Below, one piece after another: positions 9,099 to 18,675 of a stretch of 64,000 nucleotides of DNA. Location: contig NZ_JAQNDL010000001.1 in assembly GCF_028368995.1 (NCBI RefSeq), forward strand, positions 4,320,001 through 4,384,000, written 5' to 3'. The first letter of the stretch is position 1; each line of letters begins with the position of its first letter. A program made the position numbers and the translations under genes. The notes beneath the pieces were generated by a model. That model was not told the origin of the DNA, ran no database searches, and saw nothing but the letters and a program-made list of their open reading frames with translations. This DNA comes from Nannocystis bainbridge (GTDB taxonomy: Bacteria; Myxococcota_A; Polyangia; Nannocystales; Nannocystaceae).

Positions 9099-10927
9099 TG
9101 ACGAGCTCCCCTCCGGATCCCGCTTCCTCTGCCCTCCTCTCCTTCGCCGACCACCTGCGCCAGGTCGCCGATCAGCTCGGCCTGCCGCGGCTCGGCGCCC
9201 AGGTCGCGCAAGAGACCTCTCGCCGGCTCACCGAGTCGCGCCTGCGCGTGCTCGTGCTCGGCGAGATCAAGCAGGGCAAGAGCACTCTCATCAACGCGCT
9301 CCTCGGCGAGGCCTTGCTGCCCACCGGCGTCACGCCCACCACTGGCGCAGTCGTGCAGCTGGTCCGCGGTGAAGTCACCGAGCGCCGCCTCCTCGGCCCC
9401 GCCGGCGCCGAGGTCCTCGCGCCCGAGCGCTTCACCGAGCTCGCGCGCGGCAAGTCGCCGATCGAGGGCTCGCTGGTGGTCACCACCACGAGCGAGCAGC
9501 TGCCGGCCGAGCTCGAGCTGATCGACACCCCCGGTATCAACGACATCCTCCGCCTGCGCACGCTCATCAGCCGCGGCGAGCTGCCGCGCGGCGACGTCCT
9601 GCTGCTCGTCCTCGACGCCACGCAGGTGCTCAAGCGCACCGAGCTGGCCTTCCTGCGCGACGCCCTGATCGCCGTGGGCGGCCTCGGCGACAGCGGAGCG
9701 ACCTTGCTGCTGGCGCTCAACCGCGTCGACCTGATCCCCGAGGCCGAGCGCCCCGCGGTCATGTCGCATATCGAGGCCCAGCTCGCTAGCATGATCCCCG
9801 GCCCGCTCGAGATCTTCCAGACCGACGCGCGCACCGCCGTCAAAGATCCGGCCAAGGACAGCCTCGGCGTGCGCGAGGTGCTGCGCCTGCGCGAGCGCCT
9901 CAAGCAGCTCGCCGGCCGGACCCGCGACCTCTCACCGCCGCGCGCGCGCACCTACCTGCTGCGCAACGCCGACCTGCTCGCCCACCACGCCGCCACTCTG
10001 GCCCGCGCCCTGCGGCTCGAGCACGCGGCCGTGCGCGAGGAGCTGGACGCCGTGCGCAAGGCCTTCGTCGAGCAACAGCTCGACGTCGAACAACAGCGCG
10101 CCACGATCGCCGCTCAGCGGACCGAGATCGTCGCTCGCACGCGCGAGCACCTGGCCAACTTCCGCGGCGAGCTCGAGGCCGCGATCTTCAAGCAGCTCGA
10201 GCGCCCCGACCTGCGCATCTCCGCCGAGCTGCTGCCGACCGCCTCGCAAGACGCGCTGATGCACTTCGTCTACAGCGAAGCCGAGCGCCTGCGGCTCGCG
10301 CTCGAGGCCCTCACCCGCGACGTCCTGCACACCGCCGGCGAGCAGGCCCAGCGGCGCCTGGCGGCCGCCATGCTCGGCCTCGGCCTGCGCGGCCCGGTCA
10401 TCCACATCCGCCCGCCCTCGGTGTTCGTCGAGGCCGGCACTCTGGTCGTCGGCATCGCCGGCACTGCGGTGATGTACTTCGGCAACATCGTCACCGGCCT
10501 GGTGATGACCGTCGCCGCCCCGCTCGCCACCATGGTGCTGCGCGAGCGCTCGGTCCGCGAGGTCCGCGACGCCGCGCGCGCCAGCGTCCCCCCGGCGCTG
10601 GCCCTCGCCTTCGGTGACCTCGAGTCCGCGCTCGTCCGCGCCATCGACGACCACGTCGCCACCCTCGAGGAGATCCTCGTGCTCGCCCACGGCCAGCTCG
10701 GCGATCAGCTGCAGTCCCTGCTGCAGCGCGTCCTCGACCTCGACGACCAGCCCGCGCTGCCCGCCGCAGATCCGCCGCAGGCCGCCGCGAACGAGCCCGT
10801 CCCGCAACCTGTCTCTTCAGCCAGCGAGGCGCGCAAGACCGCAGCCGCCGAGCTCCGCGCGCTCGAGCCCCGGCTCGCCGAGCTCCGCGCGCAGATCGCC
10901 GCGGTCCCGATCGAGCACGCCCGATGA
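9098..10927 (+). CDS. Bacterial dynamin-like GTPase with hydrophobic paddle
   Basis: GEIKQGKST, LPTGVTPTT, LIDTPG, LNRVD; C-terminal hydrophobic hairpin; TGATG overlap with upstream gene. Confidence 0.9.
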   Translation: MTSSPPDPASSALLSFADHLRQVADQLGLPRLGAQVAQETSRRLTESRLRVLVLGEIKQGKSTLINALLGEALLPTGVTPTTGAVVQLVRGEVTERRLLGPAGAEVLAPERFTELARGKSPIEGSLVVTTTSEQLPAELELIDTPGINDILRLRTLISRGELPRGDVLLLVLDATQVLKRTELAFLRDALIAVGGLGDSGATLLLALNRVDLIPEAERPAVMSHIEAQLASMIPGPLEIFQTDARTAVKDPAKDSLGVREVLRLRERLKQLAGRTRDLSPPRARTYLLRNADLLAHHAATLARALRLEHAAVREELDAVRKAFVEQQLDVEQQRATIAAQRTEIVARTREHLANFRGELEAAIFKQLERPDLRISAELLPTASQDALMHFVYSEAERLRLALEALTRDVLHTAGEQAQRRLAAAMLGLGLRGPVIHIRPPSVFVEAGTLVVGIAGTAVMYFGNIVTGLVMTVAAPLATMVLRERSVREVRDAARASVPPALALAFGDLESALVRAIDDHVATLEEILVLAHGQLGDQLQSLLQRVLDLDDQPALPAADPPQAAANEPVPQPVSSASEARKTAAAELRALEPRLAELRAQIAAVPIEHAR

Positions 10928-13900
10928 GCAGCGACGACACCCGCAAGCCCAAGGACGACGACAAGAACCCGCTGCGCTCGATGGGCACCGCCCTCGGCGG
11001 GTGGGCCAAGCGCGTGGGCACGATCCTCAGCGAGGTCACCCAGCAAGGCCCGCCCGAGGAGGTCGCGCGAGCGATCGGCCAGGCGCGCGAGCTCAGCCTC
11101 GGCGGCGATTATGCCGGCGCCGCCGCCCGCCTGCGCGAGCCGCTGACGCAGCGCCCCGCGGACCCCTACCTCAAGCTCGCGCTGGCGATCACCCGCGTCT
11201 CCCAGGTCCTCACCGGCAACGCCCACCTGAGCGTCCTGCTCGAGCTCGCCGAGCCGGCCAACAAGCGCGGCGAGCGGGCCCTGCCCGAGACCCTCGCCGA
11301 GGCCACGCGGCTGCTCCTGCGCGACGAGTTCGACCCCGCGCTCGACCAGCTCCGCCGCGGCCGCAAGCTGATCGAAGACGCCTCCGAGCCCGCCGTGCTC
11401 GACGGTCGCTTCCTCCTCAACCTGCTCACCACGCTGCTTCAGGTCCGCCGCGGCCGCTTCGAGCGCGGCCTGCTCGAGTTTCAGCGGGCCCGCGCGCGCC
11501 TGCCCGAAGGGACACGTGGTCCCCTGCGCGCGCTGCTCGTCCGCGAGGGCGCGCAGCTGCTCCTCGCCGAAGATCACCTCGACGAGGCGATCGCCTGGCT
11601 CACCGGCGAGGCCGACCTCGGCGGCGGTGTTGCCGAGGTCGAACAGGGCACCGCCGCCGCGCGGGCCTACCTCGCCGTCGCCCTCGCCGCCAAGGGCGAC
11701 CGCATCGGCGCCGAGGCCGTGCGCAGCAAGATCGCCGCCCGGTCCGAGTGGGAGGAGCACCTCGTCCGCATCCACCTGCTCCTCGGGACAGGTGCCGAGG
11801 CGCGCACCCTCGCCCTCCGCCACCTCCAGCAGGACCCGCAGAACCCGCGGCGGAAGCGGCTGTGGGCCCTGTGCGAGGTCGCTGCCTGGCCGGTCGGCGG
11901 CTCGGACGCTACGCCCGCGATCCGCTCGACCGTGCTCGACGCCCTCGTCGACGCCGCCGCCTCGGCCGCCGGTGAGCGCCAGGAGCGGTACCTCCACGAG
12001 CTCGCCCACGTCGCCCTGCGCGCCGACCTCCTGTCCGATGGGACAGTCGCGCTGATCCGCAAGCGACTGCAGGACGGGGCCGTCTCGGCGCCCGAGGAGC
12101 TGCGGCTCGTGCACGCGCGTCGGCGCCTGCACGACAACGACGAGCGCGCGGCCGAGGATTTTCTGCCCGGCCCGCCGCCGCGCTTCCGCAGCCAGCCCGA
12201 CCTCGGCGGCCCCTTCGGCCCCGACGAGATCTCCCCGCTACGCGACGCCAGCCAGCGCCTCGGCGTCCTGCGGAGCCAGCGGGCCCTTGCGTCCGCCGAG
12301 TTCTGCCTCAAGAGCCATGTCCTCGAGGACAGCCAGCCCGTCAACCTGAACGAGGCCGCGCAGGAGTACCTCGTCGAGGTCCTCACCGAGGCCCCCGAGC
12401 ACGTCCGGGCGCGGGCCCTGCTCGCCCAGCTCGCCCAGCCGCTGCAGAGCAACCGCCTCGAAGATCTGCTCGCGGCGGCCACCGCCCTGCTCGCCGCGAT
12501 CCCCAGCCGCGTCCTCGGCGTCCCGATCACCGGCGTCGCCGACGCGCTCTCCGGCGTGATCGCGGCCCGCGAGCGCCTGGCCCGGCCGCTGACGATCGCC
12601 GTCATGGGCGAGTTCTCGTCCGGCAAGAGCACCTTCGTCAACGCGCTGCTCGGCGAGGTCGTCGCGCCGATGGGCGTGCTGCCTACCACCACCACGATCA
12701 ACTTCTTCCGCCGCGGCCCGACTGGCGGCGCGCGCGTGCACTACCGCGACGGCAGCATCAGCACGGTCGCGCGCGGCGAGGTGCACACCTTCCTGCGCGG
12801 CCTCGACGACGTGGCGGCGAGCCGGGTGCGGCACATGGAGATCGAGCGCACCTCGGCGCGGATGGGCGAGGCGGCGGTGGTCGACACGCCGGGCCTCAAC
12901 GCGCTCGACGGCTTTCACGAGCGGGTCGCCCGCGAGTTCGTCGACGAGGCCGACGCGATCATCTGGATCTTCTCGGCGACGCGCGGCGGCGCGGCATCGG
13001 AGGCGGGCGTGCTCAAGAGCATGCGCGCCGACGGCCGCCAGGTCCTCGGCGTCCTCAACAAGGTCGACACCCTCGACCCCGAGGAGCGCGCCGAGCTCAC
13101 CGACTATCTCAAGCAGCAGTTCGGCGACGTCCTGCTCGACATCATCCCGGTGTGCGCGAGTGATGCCCTCGAGCTGCGCACCGGCGCGGCCGATCCGTCG
13201 GCGCGCCACGACGATCCGTTCCGCGCCGTCGAGGACGCGCTCGAGAAGCATTTCCTCGCCCACGCCCGCGAGCTCAAGCGTTCGCTCGCCGCCCGTCGCC
13301 TCGGCGACGCCCTCGCCGGCACCGGCGCCGCCGTCCGCCACGCGATCGCCGGCCTCGAGGCCAAGGCCATCCAGAGCGGCCCCGTCGGCTCCGACCCCGT
13401 GCACCTCGAGGGTCGCCTCGTCGCGCTCGGCGACAAGGTCTACGGCCAGCTGCTCGCCCTCGACGATCTGCTCACCCGCGAGTGCCTCGCCCTCGGCGTC
13501 CTGCGGGCCGGCGCCGGCGGCAAGATCCTCGTCACCGACCAGGACGTCACCTACCTGACGGCTGTCCTTCGGGACAGCATCCTGCGCGCCCTTCAGGCCG
13601 ACCTCGGCGAGCTGTCCCAAGAGCCAGACTCCGACGCCTTCTCCGACATCCTCGCCGCGCGCCTGGTCCCGTGGGCCCAGGGTTACCTCGACAGCCTCGA
13701 GTCGTCGGGCTTCATCGCTTCGCTGATCCACGAGCACGGCCACGGCGTCGCCAAGGGCGAGGCGGCCCTGCGCGAGCGCTACCGCAGCGCCCTCGCCCCG
13801 GTCGCCGCCAGCTGGCGCAAGTTCATCCGCGGGCAGGTCCGGGCGATCCGCCAGAGCATCGCGCAGATGCAGCACCGCACCACCTCCGCCCCCAGCGCCG

Positions 13901-13977
13901 AAGCCCTGCGCCTGCGCGCCACCACCCTCGCCGGCGTCGACGCGCTGCTCTCGGGCCTCGAGCAGGTCGCCCCCTGA
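10924..13977 (+). CDS. Dynamin-like GTPase with ~550-aa N-terminal helical (TPR-like) extension
   Basis: GEFSSGKST, PMGVLPTT, VDTPG, LNKVD in C-terminal half; ATGA overlap. Confidence 0.88.
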   Translation: MSSDDTRKPKDDDKNPLRSMGTALGGWAKRVGTILSEVTQQGPPEEVARAIGQARELSLGGDYAGAAARLREPLTQRPADPYLKLALAITRVSQVLTGNAHLSVLLELAEPANKRGERALPETLAEATRLLLRDEFDPALDQLRRGRKLIEDASEPAVLDGRFLLNLLTTLLQVRRGRFERGLLEFQRARARLPEGTRGPLRALLVREGAQLLLAEDHLDEAIAWLTGEADLGGGVAEVEQGTAAARAYLAVALAAKGDRIGAEAVRSKIAARSEWEEHLVRIHLLLGTGAEARTLALRHLQQDPQNPRRKRLWALCEVAAWPVGGSDATPAIRSTVLDALVDAAASAAGERQERYLHELAHVALRADLLSDGTVALIRKRLQDGAVSAPEELRLVHARRRLHDNDERAAEDFLPGPPPRFRSQPDLGGPFGPDEISPLRDASQRLGVLRSQRALASAEFCLKSHVLEDSQPVNLNEAAQEYLVEVLTEAPEHVRARALLAQLAQPLQSNRLEDLLAAATALLAAIPSRVLGVPITGVADALSGVIAARERLARPLTIAVMGEFSSGKSTFVNALLGEVVAPMGVLPTTTTINFFRRGPTGGARVHYRDGSISTVARGEVHTFLRGLDDVAASRVRHMEIERTSARMGEAAVVDTPGLNALDGFHERVAREFVDEADAIIWIFSATRGGAASEAGVLKSMRADGRQVLGVLNKVDTLDPEERAELTDYLKQQFGDVLLDIIPVCASDALELRTGAADPSARHDDPFRAVEDALEKHFLAHARELKRSLAARRLGDALAGTGAAVRHAIAGLEAKAIQSGPVGSDPVHLEGRLVALGDKVYGQLLALDDLLTRECLALGVLRAGAGGKILVTDQDVTYLTAVLRDSILRALQADLGELSQEPDSDAFSDILAARLVPWAQGYLDSLESSGFIASLIHEHGHGVAKGEAALRERYRSALAPVAASWRKFIRGQVRAIRQSIAQMQHRTTSAPSAEALRLRATTLAGVDALLSGLEQVAP

Positions 13978-14231
13978 CGCGACCCGCGTGAGCCCATCGC
14001 GGCGGACCGATTCCTTCGGACCGCTGGAGGGCTCCTCGTCTCCATTCTCTTGCGCCGGCGGCCGCGGCTCGCGGCCGCCGCGTTCAGCGCTGTGAGGGCA
14101 CGGAGAGCCAGGCTCCTCTGACGCCCGGACCTGTGTGCAGGGTCGCCGGGCGCGGCGTGGTGCGCCTCCCGTCCCCGCTCGCCCCGACCTGTTCCGCCCC
14201 CGCGCCGATGCGCTATTGTCCGTCCTCGAGC

Positions 14232-14906
14232 ATGAGCCTTGAACACACTTGGCCCGCCTGGGGCCTCGATGAGGCCGGTCGCGGCCCGATCCTCGGCCCC
14301 ATGACCCTGGCGCTGGTGGCCCTCGACGTCGAAGCCGCCGCCGAGCTGCGCGCTCTCGGAGTTCAGGACAGCAAGCGCTTCGGCACCGGGGCCAAGGCCC
14401 AGGAGCTACGCGCCAACCTGACCGTCGAGATCCGCCGCCTCGCCCGCGTCTGCGTCTGCGTCGAGATCCACGTCGACATCATCGACGAGCACACCTTCCG
14501 CGGGCAGCTCAACGTGCTCGAGCAGCGCACCGCCCTGCAGCTGCTCATCGACGCTGGCACCCCCGAAGACGCCCACATCATCGCCGACGGCTGCCGGATC
14601 TTCACTCCGCTGCAGCGCAGCTTCCCGCGCCTGTGCGCCGTCGACAAGGGCGAGTCGGCCCACATCGCCGTCGCCGCCGCCTCCATCATCGCCAAGCACG
14701 CGCGCGACGAGGCCTTCGCCGCCATCGCCGCCCGCTACGCCGCCGATTTCGGCCCGATCGCCGGCGGCGGCTACCTCAACGCCGCCACTCGCCGCTTCCT
14801 CGACGCCTACAACAAGGTCCACGCCCGCCTCCCGCCCGAGGCCCGCAAGAGCTGGGGCGCCGAGAAGGTCGACACCAGCGCCCAGCTCTCGCTGATGGCC
14901 GAGTGA
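14232..14906 (+). CDS. rnhB: Ribonuclease HII
   Basis: GLDEAGRGPILGP, GVQDSK, IIADG, VAAASIIAK..RD. Confidence 0.92.
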   Translation: MSLEHTWPAWGLDEAGRGPILGPMTLALVALDVEAAAELRALGVQDSKRFGTGAKAQELRANLTVEIRRLARVCVCVEIHVDIIDEHTFRGQLNVLEQRTALQLLIDAGTPEDAHIIADGCRIFTPLQRSFPRLCAVDKGESAHIAVAAASIIAKHARDEAFAAIAARYAADFGPIAGGGYLNAATRRFLDAYNKVHARLPPEARKSWGAEKVDTSAQLSLMAE

Positions 14907-14908
14907 CC

Positions 14909-15108
14909 TGTCCCCCGGGACAGCACCGCTCGCGGCCGGCCTGTCTCTCGAGACAGCTCATTTCACCGACGTGAGCGATGAATCGAGCTGTCCCATGAGA
15001 CAGGCACTCATGTCTCACGAGACATGCTCAAGAGCACATGTCCCAGACATCATGCTCTCTGCCACATGTCTCTCGCGACATGCCGCCGAGGACATGTCCC
15101 TTTCGCCA
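14909..15108. repeat. Cluster of ten TGTC-N6-GACA-type palindromes, seven in a phased 14-bp array (15011-15108)
   Basis: Single sites at 14909, 14942, 14989; then CATG junction every 14 bp from 15011 to 15108, between convergent rnhB and ECF sigma genes. Confidence 0.9.
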
Positions 15109-15112
15109 TCCT

Positions 15113-15730
15113 CTACTCGCCCTTGAAGTCGGCCAGATCTTGCCGGAGCTTCTCGAGCGCGTAGCGCATGCGACTCTTCACGGTATTCTCCGGCGCCCCG
15201 ACGACGTCGCCGATCTCCTTGAAAGAAAGCCCGTTGATCTGGCGCATCAGGAACACCTCGCGCTGGTCTTCCGGGAGCAGGTCGATCGCGCGAGCGATCC
15301 GCTGGCGGATCTGCGGCGCTGCTGCGCGCTCGTCGGTGGGCACCTCGTCGGCGGCCACCGTCTCGACCATCGCCGGCCCCTCGTCGTCGACCCCGCGGCG
15401 GGGCGTATCGAGCGACGTCGTGCGGCGGAACTTCGCGCGGCGGCTCTCGTCGACGCACAGGTTGCGGGCGATCGTGTAGAGCCAGGTCGTCAGCTTGGCC
15501 GTGCGCTCGTAGCGGTCCTTCGAGCGGACCACCCGGAGGAACACCTCCTGCAGCAGCTCTTCTGCGCGGCTGCGGTTCTGCACGCTGCGCAGCAGGAAGT
15601 TGAACAGCCCGCGGCGGTGGCGCGCGACCAGCTCTTCGAACGCCCGCGCGTCGCCGTCGCGGAAGCTCAGCATCAGCGCCTCGTCGCTGCGCGGCTCGGG
15701 CGGGCGGCCGTTGCGGTGCGGGTCGTCCAT
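15113..15730 (-). CDS. ECF-type RNA polymerase sigma factor
   Basis: SDEALM..GDARAFEELV, AEELLQEVF, TWLYTIARNLCVD, LSFKEIG..PENTVKSRMRYA. Confidence 0.93.
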   Translation of the reverse strand: MDDPHRNGRPPEPRSDEALMLSFRDGDARAFEELVARHRRGLFNFLLRSVQNRSRAEELLQEVFLRVVRSKDRYERTAKLTTWLYTIARNLCVDESRRAKFRRTTSLDTPRRGVDDEGPAMVETVAADEVPTDERAAAPQIRQRIARAIDLLPEDQREVFLMRQINGLSFKEIGDVVGAPENTVKSRMRYALEKLRQDLADFKGE

Positions 15731-15808
15731 GCCTTCGATGGCGGCCCTCAGTGTGCGCCCACCGCCTGCGCTCTGGCAAGACTCAGGCCAAAGCGCCCGC
15801 CGGCCGCC

Positions 15809-16672
15809 TCAGCGGACCAGTCGGGTGCGGGGTCGCGGCTGGCAGCGCGGGCAAAACGCCCCGCTGCGGCCGCCGGACACGAAACCGACCAGCGCCTGGC
15901 CGCAGCGCGGGCACGGCTCCTCGGCGCGGCCGTAGACGCGCAGATCGTCCTGATTGCGGCCCACTTCGCCCTCCACGTTGCGGAAGTCCTTCAGCGTCGT
16001 CCCGCCGTTGTCGATCCCCCGCTGCAGCACAGCCACGATCGTGCCCGCCAGTCGCTCCCACGCGCTCGCGTGCAGCCGCTGCGCCTCCACCATGGGGAAG
16101 ATCCCCGCCGCGAACAGCGCCTCGACCGCGTAGATATTGCCGAGCCCGGCGATCGCCTCCTGGTCGAGCAGCGCGTCGCGGATCGGCCGGCGCGACGATC
16201 CCAGCCGCTCGGCCAGCACCGCGCCGCCGAACCCCTTCTCGAGCGGCTCCGGCCCCAGCGTCCCCAGCGGCTCGCTCGCCATCAGATCCTGCAGCCGCCC
16301 CGCCCGCAGCCCGCCGAAGCGGCGCGGGTCCACCAGCCGGACCTCGCGGTCGTCGCCCAGACGCAGCGCGAAGTGGGTGTGCGCCACCTTCGGCTGGGCC
16401 GTCGTCGTCACGCCGCAGCGCCCGCTCATCCCCAGGTGGATCACCAGCCCGTTGGTCTCCCCGTCCGGATCTGCGAACTCCCACACGATGTACTTGCCGC
16501 GTCTGCGGATGTCCTTCGGGACATTGTCCTTCAGACAGGCGAGATTCTCCTCCGCCCAGCTCTTGCCGACCCGCAGCTTGAACGCGCTGCGCCACACCTC
16601 GACCACCGGCGCGCGCAGCTGCGCCGCCTGCAGCCCGCGGCGGACCGACTCGACCTCAGGCAGCTCCGGCAC
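15809..16672 (-). CDS. mutM: Formamidopyrimidine-DNA glycosylase
   Basis: PELPEVE, RRGKY, HLGMSG, DPRRFG, AGLGNIY, C-terminal CPRC/CPRC zinc finger. Confidence 0.96.
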   Translation of the reverse strand: MPELPEVESVRRGLQAAQLRAPVVEVWRSAFKLRVGKSWAEENLACLKDNVPKDIRRRGKYIVWEFADPDGETNGLVIHLGMSGRCGVTTTAQPKVAHTHFALRLGDDREVRLVDPRRFGGLRAGRLQDLMASEPLGTLGPEPLEKGFGGAVLAERLGSSRRPIRDALLDQEAIAGLGNIYAVEALFAAGIFPMVEAQRLHASAWERLAGTIVAVLQRGIDNGGTTLKDFRNVEGEVGRNQDDLRVYGRAEEPCPRCGQALVGFVSGGRSGAFCPRCQPRPRTRLVR

Positions 16673-17504
16673 CGGCCGCCTCCCGCGCCCGCTGTAGCGC
16701 CGCGAACTGCTCCGGCCCCAGCGTCTCGGGCCGCACGCCTGGATCGATGCCCGCCGCCGCGCACCACGCCTGCGCCTCGGCCCGGCTGCCGAGCGACGCC
16801 AGCGAGTTGATCAGCACCTTGCGACGCTGCTGGAACGCCGCCCGCACCAGGTGACGCAGCCCTGCCTCGTCGCCCACCGCGCCCAGCGGCTCCGGCCGGG
16901 CCTCGAGCTTGATCACCGCCGAATCGACCCGCGGCGCCGGCAGGAAGCAGCCACGCGGCACATTGCGCACCCGCGAGATCGCCCGCACCCGCGACAGCAC
17001 CGCCGTCACCCCGCCGTAGTCCTCTTCGCCCGGTCGCGCGCAAAGTCGGTCCGCGACCTCCTTCTGCACCATCACCACCCACGGCCCGCCGGTCGGCACC
17101 TGCTCGAGCAGCGCGAACAGCAGCGGCCCTGTCAGCTGGTACGGCAGGTTGCCGACGATCGCCACCGGCTCCGCCTGCTCCGCGATCGCGGCCGCGTAGT
17201 CGAAGCGCACCGCGTCGGCCTCGTGCAGCACGAAGTTCGGCCGCTCGCCGAGCTCCGCCCGCAGCACCGCGCACAGATCGCGGTCGCGCTCGATCGCCCA
17301 CACCTCCGCCCCGGTCGCCAGCAGCCGGTCCGTCAGCGTCCCCAGGCCTGCGCCGATCTCGATGACCCTTCGGCCCGGTCGCGCCTCGCTCGCCACCGCG
17401 ATCGCCGTGTGCACCTCGGCCGCGATGAGAAAGTTCTGCCCCCAGCTGTGGCGCGCCTGCAGCCCGTAGCGGCGGAGCAGCGCCCCTGGCGAATCGATCG
17501 TCAT
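16656..17504 (-). CDS. rsmA: 16S rRNA m6,2A1518/1519 dimethyltransferase
   Basis: GQNFL, EIGAGLGTLT, GNLPYQ, MVQKEVADR, F.PAPRVDS. Confidence 0.96.
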   Translation of the reverse strand: MTIDSPGALLRRYGLQARHSWGQNFLIAAEVHTAIAVASEARPGRRVIEIGAGLGTLTDRLLATGAEVWAIERDRDLCAVLRAELGERPNFVLHEADAVRFDYAAAIAEQAEPVAIVGNLPYQLTGPLLFALLEQVPTGGPWVVMVQKEVADRLCARPGEEDYGGVTAVLSRVRAISRVRNVPRGCFLPAPRVDSAVIKLEARPEPLGAVGDEAGLRHLVRAAFQQRRKVLINSLASLGSRAEAQAWCAAAGIDPGVRPETLGPEQFAALQRAREAAGAGAA

Positions 17505-17519
17505 GCTCGCACCTCGACC

Positions 17520-17614
17520 TGTCCCTCAGGACATCTGATTCCCGACCTCGCGCCGCGAATGACCTGTCCCTCGGGACATATCGCCTCGCGCGCGTCGACC
17601 TGTCCCTGCGGCCA
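17520..17614. repeat. Three ACC-TGTCCCTN2-G(A/C)CA palindromes between tsaD and rsmA
   Basis: 17520 TGTCCCTCAGGACA, 17565 TGTCCCTCGGGACA, 17601 TGTCCCTGCGGCCA. Confidence 0.85.
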
Positions 17615-17616
17615 CA

Positions 17617-18675
17617 TCACTCGCGGGCCCGCCCTTCGTCCAGCGCCAGGCTCGCGTAGACCTCGACCGGCGGCTCACGGCGCCGGCCGGCCGCCCAGCG
17701 CAGCGCAGCCGCCCCGCCGATCATCGCCGCATTGTCGCCGCAGTAGCGCAGCGGCGGCGCCCGCAGCACGAACCCCTCGCGGCTCGCCGCCTCGGCCAGC
17801 GCCGCCCGCAGCCCGCCGTTCGCCGACACCCCGCCGACGATCGTCACCAGCTTCGCGCCCACCCGTTTGCGGGCCACGCGCAGTTTCGCCACCAGCACCG
17901 CCACCACCGCCGCCTGGAACGACGCGCACACATCGGCCAGCGCCTGCCGCGACGACGGTTGCCCGTGTTGATCGACGTACACCGCCACCGCCGTCTTGAG
18001 CCCCGAGAACGAGAACTCGAGGTTCTCGCGCGACCCCAGCATCGCCCGCGGGAACGCCACCGCCGTCGGGTCGCCCTCCGCCGCCAGTCGATCGATCACC
18101 GGCCCGCCGGGGTAGCCGAGCCCGAGCAGCTTCGCCGCCTTGTCGAACGCCTCCCCCGCCGCGTCGTCGCGCGTGCTGCCGAGCACCTCGTAGCGGCCGA
18201 GCCCTTGCACGTGCACCAGCTCGCTGTGCCCGCCTGACACCGACAGCGCCAGGTGCGGCGTGAACTCGGCCGGCGGTACCTCGTCGTCCCCGAGGAACGG
18301 CGACACCAGGTGACCTTCCATGTGGTGCACCCCGACCAGCGGCAGACCTGTCGCAAGGGACAGCCCGCGCGCCAGCTGCACCGCCACCAGCAGCGCCCCC
18401 ACCAGCCCTGGCCCCTCGGTCACCCCGATCGCGTCGAACCACTCGAAGCCGACCCCCGCGCGTGCCAGCGCCTCGCGGACCACCGGCACCGCCGCCGTCA
18501 GGTGATGGCGACTCGCCAGCTCCGGCACCACCCCGCCGAACTGCGCGTGCAGCTCGACCTGCGAGGCGATCACGCTCACGCGCACATGCAGCCCCTCGAC
18601 CACGGCGCAGGCCGTCTCGTCACACGACGACTCGAGCGCGAGGATGCGGGGACCGGCCATCGACCTTTCGGTCAC
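17617..18675 (-). CDS. tsaD: tRNA N6-threonylcarbamoyladenosine transferase TsaD
   Basis: LESSCDET, GGVVPELASRHH, GPGLVGAL, HHMEGH, SGGH, DDAAGEAFDK, FSFSGLKT, DNAAMI. Confidence 0.97.
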   Translation of the reverse strand: MTERSMAGPRILALESSCDETACAVVEGLHVRVSVIASQVELHAQFGGVVPELASRHHLTAAVPVVREALARAGVGFEWFDAIGVTEGPGLVGALLVAVQLARGLSLATGLPLVGVHHMEGHLVSPFLGDDEVPPAEFTPHLALSVSGGHSELVHVQGLGRYEVLGSTRDDAAGEAFDKAAKLLGLGYPGGPVIDRLAAEGDPTAVAFPRAMLGSRENLEFSFSGLKTAVAVYVDQHGQPSSRQALADVCASFQAAVVAVLVAKLRVARKRVGAKLVTIVGGVSANGGLRAALAEAASREGFVLRAPPLRYCGDNAAMIGGAAALRWAAGRRREPPVEVYASLALDEGRARE

